A DNA stretch of 32,424 nucleotides, from contig CAYSCE010000003.1 of assembly GCA_964429475.1 (NCBI GenBank), positions 1 through 32,424 of the forward strand, given 5' to 3'. Shown one piece after another: positions 25,301-32,424 of this stretch. The stretch's first letter is position 1; each line of letters opens with the position of its first letter. Below the pieces are notes generated by a model. It was not told where the DNA came from and did not search any database. It was given only the letters and a program-made list of their open reading frames with translations. The stretch is from an uncultured Bacteroidaceae bacterium (lineage in GTDB: Bacteria; Bacteroidota; Bacteroidia; Bacteroidales; DTU049). The position numbers were made by a program, and so were the translations under genes.

Positions 25301-25946
25301 TGCGGGTGACTTTAAATCTTTTGTAATAATAAATCATCACCAGCGCCGGCAGAGTAAGCAGGTTGAGAAGGTGAACTCCAATGGAGAGACCCATCAGGAA
25401 TGCGATGAGCACAATCCAGCGAAGCGATCGCGGATCATCGGCATCTTCTTCCCATTTCAGCATAAGCCAGAATACCAGTGCCGTAAACATAGAGGACATG
25501 GCATACACCTCGCCTTCGACGGCCGAGAACCAGAATGAATCGGAGAAGGTATAAGCCAGGGCGCCAACAATACCGGCACCCAGCACAGTCCACATTTTAG
25601 CAGGATTTTCCATGTCCTGTCCCACCATTTTTTTGGCCAGATGCGTGATGGTCCAGAATAAAAACAGAATGGTGAATGCACTTGACAGCGCTGACATCAT
25701 GTTAATCATAAACGCAACACGGGTAACATCTCCAAAAGCGAACAGAGAGAAAAACCGACCCAGCAACTGAAAAGTCGGGGCTCCCGGAGGGTGACCCACC
25801 TGCAGTTTGTAAGAAGTGGCAATATATTCTCCGCAATCCCAGAAACTCGCTGTCGGTTCAAGGGTCAGAGTATAAACAACGGCTGCAATCAAAAAAACAG
25901 CCCAGCCAAGCACATTGTTCAGCGTCTTGTAGTTTCGCATATTCAT
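22341..25946 (-). CDS. DUF2723 / TMEM260-like large polytopic membrane protein (GT-C-fold glycosyltransferase-like) with C-terminal helical-repeat domain
   Basis: 1201 aa. The N-terminal LEPTASFWDCGEYIATSYKLQVGHPPGAPTFQLLGRFF is the DUF2723 signature as I recall it. There are more than 10 TM helices, and the soluble C-terminal half has TPR-like helices. Confidence 0.8.
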   Translation of the reverse strand: MNMRNYKTLNNVLGWAVFLIAAVVYTLTLEPTASFWDCGEYIATSYKLQVGHPPGAPTFQLLGRFFSLFAFGDVTRVAFMINMMSALSSAFTILFLFWTITHLAKKMVGQDMENPAKMWTVLGAGIVGALAYTFSDSFWFSAVEGEVYAMSSMFTALVFWLMLKWEEDADDPRSLRWIVLIAFLMGLSIGVHLLNLLTLPALVMIYYYKRFKVTRKGVFYALTFSIVLLAFLFYILIPRIIWLAGHFELFFINSAGLPFNSGTIIYFALIIGLIIWGIRYTIRKGKVILNTIILSFTFLLIGYSTFFILIIRSNAGTPINENAPKDAISLLSYLNREQYGETPLITGPYFNAGNEREEQSKFKDQSPVYEKDVEQGKYILTDSRENTRPTYKSKYTTFFPRMWSMDNGHINIYLNWAGIDEGKVYQSYIDENGQTKYDRSRAKNPPTFGQNLTFFGTYQLGHMYFRYFFWNFVGRQNDIQGSGGPTEGNWHSGIPFIDNLHNGDQSQVPDHMKSNRGRNAFYFLPLILGLVGLFFHLNRHSRDMLIVTLLFVMTGLAIVVYLNQYPNQPRERDYAYAGSFYAFAIWIGLGVIGLIELIRKGLQKIPGFTKADIVAPFAATLIAVLLVPGIMASEGWDDHDRSDRYTARDFAMNYLASCPPNAILFTNGDNDTFPLWYVQEVEGYRTDVRVINLSLFNTDWYADQMKRAVYDAKPAPISMNHLQYRQGTRDAVELITPTLLSYVQTAIERQNDPNLTPEQSQQLNNILQQYKWILNVDPAIQAMYTKPVSLNVLFDIIHKTPEKLQHPNYKAYNFFPTNTFVIPVDSQKVVSNGTVPAQWRNNVVDSLTWTLPDQFMNKNTLFVLDILAHNNWERPICFATTAGPDAYIGLEDYLSMEGFVYRLVPVKTGNTLINTPVMFDNLMNKFKWGNLAGEGVYLDETNIRMCMTLKYSFINLADALLKEGNRAKAIQVMNKCMEVLPEKSVPWAGIGNSSSGQIMIQMADMYFQTKENKKAEAILSRMTELVSAELNFYGSMSKKQAKQMEKEYQDAVRSLFFLWKTAYQNGDQVPALCQKIEPVFTMYRQAIAELLPAQEKIGVAQLYLKQGKATKDASLKTKGNAYISDALTEVEKTLEYLGTVQVNEQNMEQYSELLRTNLQNLYMIGQITYQLIDDAKLKERVDKVAAKYQKELDLMYGMPKE

Positions 25947-26125
25947 AAGTGTTGTTCCGTGAATAAACTGCGAAATTACAATATTATTTTTTTACACTCA
26001 TATATATTAAATATCAATGTTTGAATTCCGCACAGCAAGCCGAATTGCAAAAATATTTCTCCCGGGTCGTATACTCATATTATTGCATTGTCTACAAATT
26101 ATTTGGTCAGTTCAATGATTCTTTG

Positions 26126-26133
26126 TACTTTTG
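26126..26133 (+). promoter_or_regulatory. Bacteroidota -7 promoter box (TACTTTTG) for tRNA-Gln
   Basis: Exact TAnnTTTG match 16 nt upstream of tRNA position 1. A TTTG at 26102-26105 is at about the -33 spacing. Confidence 0.5.
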
Positions 26134-26149
26134 CGCCCTGTTTCAAAAT

Positions 26150-26223
26150 TGTCCGATGGTGTAATGGCAGCACAGCAGATTTTGGTTCTGCTGGTCCAGG
26201 TTCGAGTCCTGGTCGGACAACCA
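26150..26223 (+). tRNA. tRNA-Gln (anticodon UUG), CCA encoded
   Basis: Manual cloverleaf: acceptor TGTCCGA/TCGGACA (U1-A72), D stem GTGT/GCAC, anticodon stem GCAGA/TCTGC with loop TTTTGGT (anticodon TTG), 4-nt variable loop, T stem CCAGG/CCTGG with loop TTCGAGT, discriminator A, then CCA. Confidence 0.9.
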
Positions 26224-26230
26224 GGGAACT

Positions 26231-26260
26231 TTGAGGGGACTATTTGTCCCCTCAATTTTT
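26231..26260 (+). terminator. rho-independent terminator between tRNA-Gln and rimP
   Basis: A perfect 10-bp stem, TTGAGGGGAC (26231-26240) with GTCCCCTCAA (26246-26255), has loop TATTT and is followed by T5. The rimP ATG follows 8 nt later. Confidence 0.8.
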
Positions 26261-26268
26261 AATAAAAA

Positions 26269-26718
26269 ATGATGATTACAGACAGTCAGATTAAAACTTT
26301 GGTGGAAGAATGCCTTGGAAACGGGCCGGTTTTTCCTGTCACCATAACCGTCAGCAAAGGCAATCGTATTCAGGTGTTGCTCGATGGTGATGCAGGTGTC
26401 ATCGTCGACGATTGTGTTCAGGTAAGCCGTTTTATCGAAGGCCGCCTGAACCGCGATGAAGAAGATTTCGAACTCGAAGTGGCTTCATTCGGAATCGGAA
26501 CTCCTCTGGTGCTGCCCCGCCAATTCCGCAGCAACATTGGTCGTCAGGCCAAAGCTACGCTGCACGATCAGCAGGTTGTCACCGGTGAACTGGTGGCTGC
26601 CGGTGAAGACACTTTTACCCTGGCTGTGAAAGTCCCTCCCAAGAAGAAAGTGACTGAAAACCGCGAACTGGCTTATACAGACTGTCTCAAAGTACAAATA
26701 ATTGTAACGTTTAAATAA
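26269..26718 (+). CDS. rimP: ribosome maturation factor RimP
   Basis: 149 aa, located immediately upstream of nusA (conserved rimP-nusA-infB order). It has the RimP-like core VLLDGDAGVIVDDCVQVSRFIEGRLN...FELEVASFGIGTPL. Confidence 0.88.
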   Translation: MMITDSQIKTLVEECLGNGPVFPVTITVSKGNRIQVLLDGDAGVIVDDCVQVSRFIEGRLNRDEEDFELEVASFGIGTPLVLPRQFRSNIGRQAKATLHDQQVVTGELVAAGEDTFTLAVKVPPKKKVTENRELAYTDCLKVQIIVTFK

Positions 26719-26733
26719 ACACCCCTTTGTGTT

Positions 26734-27972
26734 ATGGAAACAATGAATCTGGTTGAATCCTTTAGTGAGTTTAAAGACTCCAAAGCAATTGACAGGCCTA
26801 CTCTGATGAAGATCCTGGTGGATATCTTCAAACATATTCTGGCCAAGAAATTCGAGGTGGCCGATAATTTCGATGTGATTGTAAACACATCGACCGGAGA
26901 CCTTGAAATCTGGCGAAGCCGTATCATAATTGCCGATGATGAATTGACCAATCCAAATATGGAAATTGCCTATTCCGAAGCCATTAAAATTGAACCCGAT
27001 TTCGAAATCGGTGAGCAGGTGGTTGAACCGTTTGGTATTACCATGTTTGATCGCCGCGACATTCAAAGCATCCACCAGATGCTGAAAGCCAAGGTGATGG
27101 AATTTGAAAAAGAAAATATCTATCAGAAATATAAAGACCGCATCGGCGAAATCGTTACAGGCGAAGTCAGCCAGGTATGGAAAAAAGAATTACTCGTACT
27201 CGACGATGAAGACTATGAACTCGTGTTGCCGCGTACCGAAATGATTCAGGCCGACTTTTACAAAAAAGGCGACTCCATCCGCGCGGTGGTCGATCGCGTT
27301 GAATTTAAAAACAACACGCCCTTTGTTATTTTGTCCAGAACTTCGCCGGTATTGCTTGAACGCTTGTTTGAACAGGAAGTGCCGGAGATTTTCGATGGCC
27401 TTATCACCATCCGCAAAATTGTTCGCCAACCGGGCGAACGTGCCAAAGTGGCTGTTGAATCATATGATGACCGCATCGATCCGGTTGGAGCATGTGTTGG
27501 AATGAAGGGTTCACGTATTCACGGAATCGTGCGCGAACTGCGCAATGAAAACATTGATGTGATCAATTTCTCCAACAATCTTTCGGTGTTTGTCAGCCGT
27601 GCCCTCAGCCCGGCAAAAATTTCCTCACTGAGTATTGATGAAGAAAAGAAATCCATCGAAGTGTATCTCAAACCCGATCAGATTTCGCTGGCCATTGGTA
27701 AAGGCGGACAGAATATCAAACTGGCCTCTAAACTGGTGGAATATGAAATCGAGGTGTTCCGCGATGTGACTGGCGAGTACGAAGATGATGTGGATCTGAT
27801 GGAATTTGCAGATGAAATTGATGAATGGATCATCAAATCATTCAAGGACATTGGCTGCGATACTGCCAAAAGTGTACTGGAACTCTCTAAAGAAGAGCTG
27901 GTGAAACGCACCGACCTTGAAGAAGAAACTGTAGAGGAAGTACTGCGAATACTGCAGAGCGAGTTTGAATAA
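26734..27972 (+). CDS. nusA: transcription termination/antitermination factor NusA
   Basis: 412 aa with an N-terminal domain, an S1 domain (GEIVTGEVSQV), and KH domains including DPVGACVGMKGSRI and AIGKGGQNIKLASKL. Confidence 0.97.
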   Translation: METMNLVESFSEFKDSKAIDRPTLMKILVDIFKHILAKKFEVADNFDVIVNTSTGDLEIWRSRIIIADDELTNPNMEIAYSEAIKIEPDFEIGEQVVEPFGITMFDRRDIQSIHQMLKAKVMEFEKENIYQKYKDRIGEIVTGEVSQVWKKELLVLDDEDYELVLPRTEMIQADFYKKGDSIRAVVDRVEFKNNTPFVILSRTSPVLLERLFEQEVPEIFDGLITIRKIVRQPGERAKVAVESYDDRIDPVGACVGMKGSRIHGIVRELRNENIDVINFSNNLSVFVSRALSPAKISSLSIDEEKKSIEVYLKPDQISLAIGKGGQNIKLASKLVEYEIEVFRDVTGEYEDDVDLMEFADEIDEWIIKSFKDIGCDTAKSVLELSKEELVKRTDLEEETVEEVLRILQSEFE

Positions 27973-28098
27973 ACGGGATTGCAATGATTCCGGCACCTCT
28001 GTTTTTGGGGCATTCCGGAGTCAGAGCTTCACGAAATTCAGACCATTGAATAAAAAATTGTAATTTTACACCGTTTTCAGGAACCGGAAAAACATAAT

Positions 28099-31050
28099 AT
28101 GGAGAATACCGCAGGCGTAAAAAGATTAGCAAAGGTCGCAACAGAATTCAATGTTGGGGTTCAAACCATCATGGAATTCCTGAATAAAAATGGTTTTCCT
28201 GTCGATAACCCCAATGCGAAAATTGGCGAAGATGCCTATAAAGCATTGTTGAAAGAGTTTCAGTCGGACAAGACCGAAAAACAGGAAAGTATGAAAATTG
28301 CCCTTTCTGTTAAAAAAGAAACGTCCGAAGAAATTCCTGTTGTTACCACTCCGGTTGCTGAAAAACCCGTCGAAAAACCTGTCGAAAAACCTGTTGAAAA
28401 ACCGCAGGAGAAAAAGGTTGAAACTCCGAAACCGATTGTTGAACCAGTCGAAGAAGTACCGGTTAGTAGAAATAAACCAAAAGTTATCGGCACCATTGAC
28501 CTGGATAAAGTTCAGGCCAAAGGAAAGAAAAAAACCGTAAAACCTGTTGAGCCTGTTATTGAAGAACCCGTTGCTGAAATACCGGCCGTTGTTGAAGATC
28601 TGCCAAAGAAAGAGGAAGTTGTTGTTAAACCGGAAATTAAAGCCGAGCCTGAATCAATAAAGGTGAAAGCCGAGCTGCCTGGTGTCAAAGTCGTAGGCTC
28701 TATTGAACTGGGCAAAGTGGAGAAAAAGAAAACCGGTAAAAAGACTGTGCCTGCTGCTAAGACAACACCTGTTGAAGCTCCTCCGGCAGTTAAAGAAGTT
28801 GTTGAAGAAAAACCGGTTGTTGAAGAAGCTCCTAAGGTTGAAGCTCCTGCTGAAGTTAAGCCCGAAGAAGACGATCGCTACATTAAAACCAATTTCGAAA
28901 AACTGGCTGGCCCAAAAGTAGTTAACAAAATTGATTTGTCGCAGTTCGATAAGAAGCCGGCTGTGAAAGAAGACAAGCCTACCCTTGATAAATCGAAGGG
29001 TGGCAATAAAGACAAAAAACACCGTCCCAGAATTCAGAAGAAAGAATCTGCGGTGGTTCCTGCTTCTCACGAAGCTAAACCACAACTGGACCGTGACAAA
29101 AATAAAAACAAGGCAAAGCTCAAAAAGCACGAAGTTCGTCCGGTCATCTCTGCCGAAGATATTGATAAACACATTAAAGAAACACTGGCTCAATTGCAGA
29201 GTGCTCCCAAATCAAAATCTTCCAAGTACCGCCGCCTGAAACGTGATGCGTTCCAGCAGCAGCGTATGGAGGAAATGGAAGAACTCGAAAAGGAACAAAG
29301 TGTTATCAAAGTGAACGAATTTATCACGGTAAGCGAACTCGCTTCCATGATGAATGTTCCCGCTACCAAAGTGATTCAAAGCTGTATGAGCCTTGGATTA
29401 TTTGTATCACTCAACCAGCGTCTCGATGCTGAAGCCATTACCATTGTGGCTTCGGAATTCGGATTCGATGTGAATTTCATTTCGCTCGAAGATGAAGAAT
29501 TTACCGGCGAGGAAGAAGATGAAAATCCCGAAGATCTGGTGCCGCGCGCTCCGGTAGTAACGGTAATGGGCCACGTCGATCATGGTAAAACATCGCTGCT
29601 CGACAACATCCGCAAATCCAATATTATCGCCGGTGAATCCGGTGGTATCACCCAGCATATCGGTGCATACGAAGTTACCCTCGAAAGCGGTCGGAAAATA
29701 GCTTTCCTCGATACACCAGGTCACGAAGCTTTTACCGCTATGCGTGCCCGTGGTGCCAAAATCACCGACGTCGCCATTATTGTGATTGCTGCCGATGACC
29801 AGGTAATGCCTCAAACTGTTGAAGCCATCAACCACGCTCGTGCTGCCGGTGTTCCCATGGTGTTTGCCATCAGCAAAATTGATAAACCCGGTGCCAACCC
29901 CGAAAAAATCCGTGAACAGCTGGCCAATATGAACCTGCTTGTTGAGGATTGGGGCGGCAAATACCAGTGTCAGGAAATCGATGCAAAACACGGCGTAAAT
30001 GTCGATGTGCTGCTCGAAAAAGTATTGCTTGAATCCGATTTACTCGAACTGAAAGCCAATCCGAAAAAACTGGCAGTCGGTTCCGTGATTGAATCTTCAC
30101 TCGATAAAGGTCGCGGATATACCGCTACTATTCTGGTTCAGGCTGGAACACTGCATGGCGGCGACATGGTGCTGGCCGGAAGTTTTTACGGTCGTGTAAA
30201 AGCCATGTTCAACGAACGTAATCAACCGGTGAAAGAAGCCGGTCCCAGCACCCCGGTGCTGATTCTGGGTCTCAATGGCGCTCCGGCTGCCGGCGATAAA
30301 CTGACCTGCTACAAGGATGAAAAATCCGCTAAGGAAATTGCACTGAAACGTCAGCAACTTATCCGCGAACAGGCTCTGCGCACACAGAAACACATTACAC
30401 TCGACGAAATCGGCCGACGTATTGCCATCGGCGATTTCAAAGAACTCAATATCATTGTCAAAGGCGACGTGGACGGCTCGGTTGAAGCTTTGTCCGATTC
30501 ATTGCTCAAGCTCAGCGCAAGCAGTGTTCAGGTCAATGTTATTCACAAAGCCATTGGTGGTATCACCGAATCGGATGTTCTTTTGGCTACCGCATCCAAC
30601 GCCATTATTATCGGCTTCCAGGTTCGCCCCAGTGTGGCTGCACGCAAACTGGCCGAGAGCGAAGAAATCGATATCCGGACCTATTCAGTCATCTACGATG
30701 CTATCGAAGAAGTCAAAGCTGCCATGGAAGGTATGCTTGAACCGAAAATCGAAGAAAAAGTGGTTGCCAGTATCGAAGTCCGCGAAGTATTCAAAATCAC
30801 GAAACTCGGAACCATTGCCGGTTGTATGGTGCTCGATGGTAAAATTACACGCAGCAGCAAAATTCATCTCGTTCGCAATGGTATCGTAATTCATACGGGT
30901 GTTCTCGCTTCCTTACGCCGCTTCAAAGACGATGTGAAGGAAGTTATGCCTGGTCAGGATTGCGGTATCGGCATTCAGAATTACAACGATCTGAAAGAAG
31001 GCGATATCATTGAAGCCTACACCGAAGTTGAAGTACAGCGCAAACTGTAA
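28099..31050 (+). CDS. infB: translation initiation factor IF-2
   Basis: 983 aa. A Lys/Glu/Pro/Val-rich N-terminal linker is followed by a GTPase domain: G1 [17 protein letters not shown], and a non-canonical G4 (SKID). The C-terminal domains include [12 protein letters not shown]. Confidence 0.97.
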   Translation: MENTAGVKRLAKVATEFNVGVQTIMEFLNKNGFPVDNPNAKIGEDAYKALLKEFQSDKTEKQESMKIALSVKKETSEEIPVVTTPVAEKPVEKPVEKPVEKPQEKKVETPKPIVEPVEEVPVSRNKPKVIGTIDLDKVQAKGKKKTVKPVEPVIEEPVAEIPAVVEDLPKKEEVVVKPEIKAEPESIKVKAELPGVKVVGSIELGKVEKKKTGKKTVPAAKTTPVEAPPAVKEVVEEKPVVEEAPKVEAPAEVKPEEDDRYIKTNFEKLAGPKVVNKIDLSQFDKKPAVKEDKPTLDKSKGGNKDKKHRPRIQKKESAVVPASHEAKPQLDRDKNKNKAKLKKHEVRPVISAEDIDKHIKETLAQLQSAPKSKSSKYRRLKRDAFQQQRMEEMEELEKEQSVIKVNEFITVSELASMMNVPATKVIQSCMSLGLFVSLNQRLDAEAITIVASEFGFDVNFISLEDEEFTGEEEDENPEDLVPRAPVVTVMGHVDHGKTSLLDNIRKSNIIAGESGGITQHIGAYEVTLESGRKIAFLDTPGHEAFTAMRARGAKITDVAIIVIAADDQVMPQTVEAINHARAAGVPMVFAISKIDKPGANPEKIREQLANMNLLVEDWGGKYQCQEIDAKHGVNVDVLLEKVLLESDLLELKANPKKLAVGSVIESSLDKGRGYTATILVQAGTLHGGDMVLAGSFYGRVKAMFNERNQPVKEAGPSTPVLILGLNGAPAAGDKLTCYKDEKSAKEIALKRQQLIREQALRTQKHITLDEIGRRIAIGDFKELNIIVKGDVDGSVEALSDSLLKLSASSVQVNVIHKAIGGITESDVLLATASNAIIIGFQVRPSVAARKLAESEEIDIRTYSVIYDAIEEVKAAMEGMLEPKIEEKVVASIEVREVFKITKLGTIAGCMVLDGKITRSSKIHLVRNGIVIHTGVLASLRRFKDDVKEVMPGQDCGIGIQNYNDLKEGDIIEAYTEVEVQRKL

Positions 31051-31274
31051 TCTCCGCTGATTTATTCAGGACATTATTTTGCCACGAAGACACGAAGACA
31101 CAAAACATTTTTGTGCTAATGTGTCCTCATTAATCGGCGCACCAATTCCCGGTCACAACATAAGATACAGCTTTTTAGACACAGCCGGGATCTCCCCGAA
31201 AGCCTTCACAGCTTGCACCATCATTTTGTCTTTCCGGTTTTGTAATTCGCTCAGCGCACATCTTTTGGTGCCCG

Positions 31275-31563
31275 GCTGTTGGGTGTAGTCTTTTTTATAC
31301 GAAGTTGTTGAGGCTGTCTCAAGCAAGTCATCTTCAACAAAAACAACAACTTCCACAAGCGAACCGTCCTTCCATAGTCTGGAATGCCATGTAAGACATG
31401 GAAGAGTCGGTTGTACCGGAAGCGTTGTTTTTGTGCGACTATTCCATGTTCAACACCACAAGCTAATACACCACAAAGCTTGTTGAACTATGGAATGTCG
31501 TTGTGCTTAGCTTGTTTTGAGACAGCTTCACAGGAATTACTTTTTCAGACTACACCCAACAGC
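31275..31563. other. candidate structured RNA or decayed inverted-repeat element in the 562-bp ORF-free gap after infB
   Basis: Perfect complementary segments: 31275-31290/31548-31563 (16 bp), 31313-31322/31517-31526 (10 bp, extendable to 13 with one G-U), 31301-31310/31344-31353 (10 bp), 31337-31347/31424-31434 (11 bp), and 31387-31392/31396-31401 (6 bp). A 19-bp hairpin with two single-nt bulges joins 31436-31455 to 31481-31500. No credible ORF is present. Confidence 0.35.
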
Positions 31564-31565
31564 AC

Positions 31566-31594
31566 AAAAAAAGCGTGGAGGTAACCACGCTTTT
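31566..31594 (-). terminator. rho-independent terminator for the 31613..32305 gene
   Basis: On the minus strand, AAAAGCGTGG-TTACCT-CCACGC is followed by T7. It starts 19 nt after the TAA stop. The A-run/stem/T4 arrangement on the plus strand could give weak bidirectional function. Confidence 0.7.
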
Positions 31595-31612
31595 CAAATC
31601 AGTTTATTGCTT

Positions 31613-32305
31613 TTATTGCTTGTTCAATTTGGTAAGCAGCATATAGCCCATCAAATCGCCTTTGTCATTGTAGGTCTCGCTTTTCACAATACCAGAGCCC
31701 ATTGAAAGATAATCAACAGCAGAGATTTTTGTATTGATAAAACCGGTTTTCGATTGTGTTCTGGAAGTGATTTTCCAAACTTCAAATGTGCCGGCTGCAG
31801 TGGTCAGACTTTCTTTTCCGACAACCTTGCGATCGGTAATGTTGATGGTCATGGTCATAATGGTCATTCCATTGCTTCCCATTTGGTATGTAATGTTTGC
31901 ATCCGGAAGAGTGGCGCCTTCGGTCAATGTTGCCGGAAACTGCAGGTCGTTGGCAGTCATGGTAATCTCCATATCCGGATTTTCCTGATAAAATGATTCG
32001 CCTAAAAAGTTTTTCATATCAAAATAAAAAACGCCATCAAGACATTTCATAACCAAATCGCCGGAGCCTTCGGTTTCTCCTTTTTCATTCATAACCGTCG
32101 TGGTCACTGTTGCATCGTATCCGTTTGCCAATTCTTTTACCTCTTTTACTGAATACGCATTGATGCCTTCAACCTTGTCTTTCTTATTGTATTGCGTAAC
32201 CTCCCAGCTGTTGCCGGTTTTCAGTGGATAATACTCCGGGCAGATCTGAGCGCTCATCCATACCGGAAGAAGCAGGAAAATGAAAAGTTGTGTCAGTTTT
32301 TTCAT
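31613..32305 (-). CDS. secreted protein of unknown function (beta-rich)
   Basis: 230 aa. Signal peptide MKKLTQLFIFLLLPVWMSAQ and an alternating beta-strand-like composition. I recognise no catalytic motif. Confidence 0.7.
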   Translation of the reverse strand: MKKLTQLFIFLLLPVWMSAQICPEYYPLKTGNSWEVTQYNKKDKVEGINAYSVKEVKELANGYDATVTTTVMNEKGETEGSGDLVMKCLDGVFYFDMKNFLGESFYQENPDMEITMTANDLQFPATLTEGATLPDANITYQMGSNGMTIMTMTINITDRKVVGKESLTTAAGTFEVWKITSRTQSKTGFINTKISAVDYLSMGSGIVKSETYNDKGDLMGYMLLTKLNKQ

Positions 32306-32319
32306 AGTGATTTTTTTTA

Positions 32320-32327
32320 CAAATATA
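32320..32327 (-). promoter_or_regulatory. Bacteroidota -7 promoter box (TATATTTG) for the 31613..32305 gene
   Basis: The reverse complement of caaatata is TATATTTG. It lies 15 nt upstream of ATG 32305, separated by an A8 run. Confidence 0.5.
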
Positions 32328-32424
32328 GAAGATTTTTTTCAATTGGTCAGCCGCTTTTCTACGCTGTCGTTCACCGCAACATTCCGCCGTTCGGAGCTGT
32401 ATTAGCATTGAATAGAACAAGACT

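Noticed and set aside
28360-28407. 12-bp tandem repeat gaaaaaccNgtN x4 inside infB
   Set aside because: It is in frame and encodes (EKPV)3-EKPQ within the Lys/Glu/Pro-rich N-terminal linker typical of long IF-2 proteins. This is a low-complexity coding repeat, not a separate element.
31153-31356. 67-aa minus-strand ORF whose tail (ALSELQNRKDKMMVQAVKAFGEIP) faintly resembles an XRE/HigA helix-turn-helix
   Set aside because: The resemblance covers fewer than 25 residues and needs a 4-aa deletion relative to typical HTH spacing. The N-terminal half overlaps the inverted-repeat arms and looks non-protein-like. No partner toxin ORF is present. At best it is an unrecognisable relic, so it is not called as a gene.
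31275-31563. The 16-bp perfect terminal inverted repeats as proof of a MITE or IS element
   Set aside because: There is no transposase ORF, and I see no target-site duplication flanking the arms (left flank ggtgcccg, right flank acaaaaaa). Copy number elsewhere cannot be assessed from one window. It is kept only as an alternative hypothesis in the findings.

Overview
This 32.4-kb window looks like ordinary Bacteroidota chromosome and is dominated by housekeeping genes. The phylum call rests on several signals: TAnnTTTG '-7' promoter boxes upstream of many genes, no Shine-Dalgarno sequences, T9SS type-B C-terminal sorting domains, a lipoprotein-type BamA/TamA homologue, and a DUF2723 protein.

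Recognisable genes in order:
- Minus strand: TamL-like OMP (partial), FtsX/MacB-type ABC permease, small membrane protein, upp, M20 dipeptidase.
- Plus strand: two tandem choice-of-anchor-L/T9SS surface proteins, gap, a small Cys-rich membrane protein, folE, BI-1/YccA, a DUF4349 lipoprotein.
- Minus strand: OmpA-family protein, an interrupted secreted-protein gene, an EamA transporter.
- Plus strand: lipoprotein, radA, an MBL-fold hydrolase.
- Minus strand: two OM beta-barrel proteins, deoC, a NodB-type deacetylase, DUF2723.
- Plus strand: tRNA-Gln, rimP-nusA-infB.
- Minus strand: a secreted protein.

I found no transposase, integrase, phage, CRISPR or recognisable defence genes, and I cannot support a claim of a new protein-encoded system here. 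The unexplained signal is non-coding:
1. A 562-bp ORF-free gap after infB (31051-31612) carries many perfect long-range complementary segments. It could be a structured RNA or a decayed repeat element.
2. A repeat-rich 328-bp gap lies at 18286-18613.
3. A palindromic element with mutually exclusive pairings lies at 19236-19338.
4. A 100-bp nested palindrome sits between convergent genes at 13201-13302.
5. An intrinsic terminator lies between tRNA-Gln and the rimP start codon, which implies read-through control of rimP-nusA-infB.
6. A secreted-protein gene is broken by one in-frame TAG just after its signal peptide.

All functional calls come from motif recognition by eye. No database search, HMM or RNA-folding program was run.
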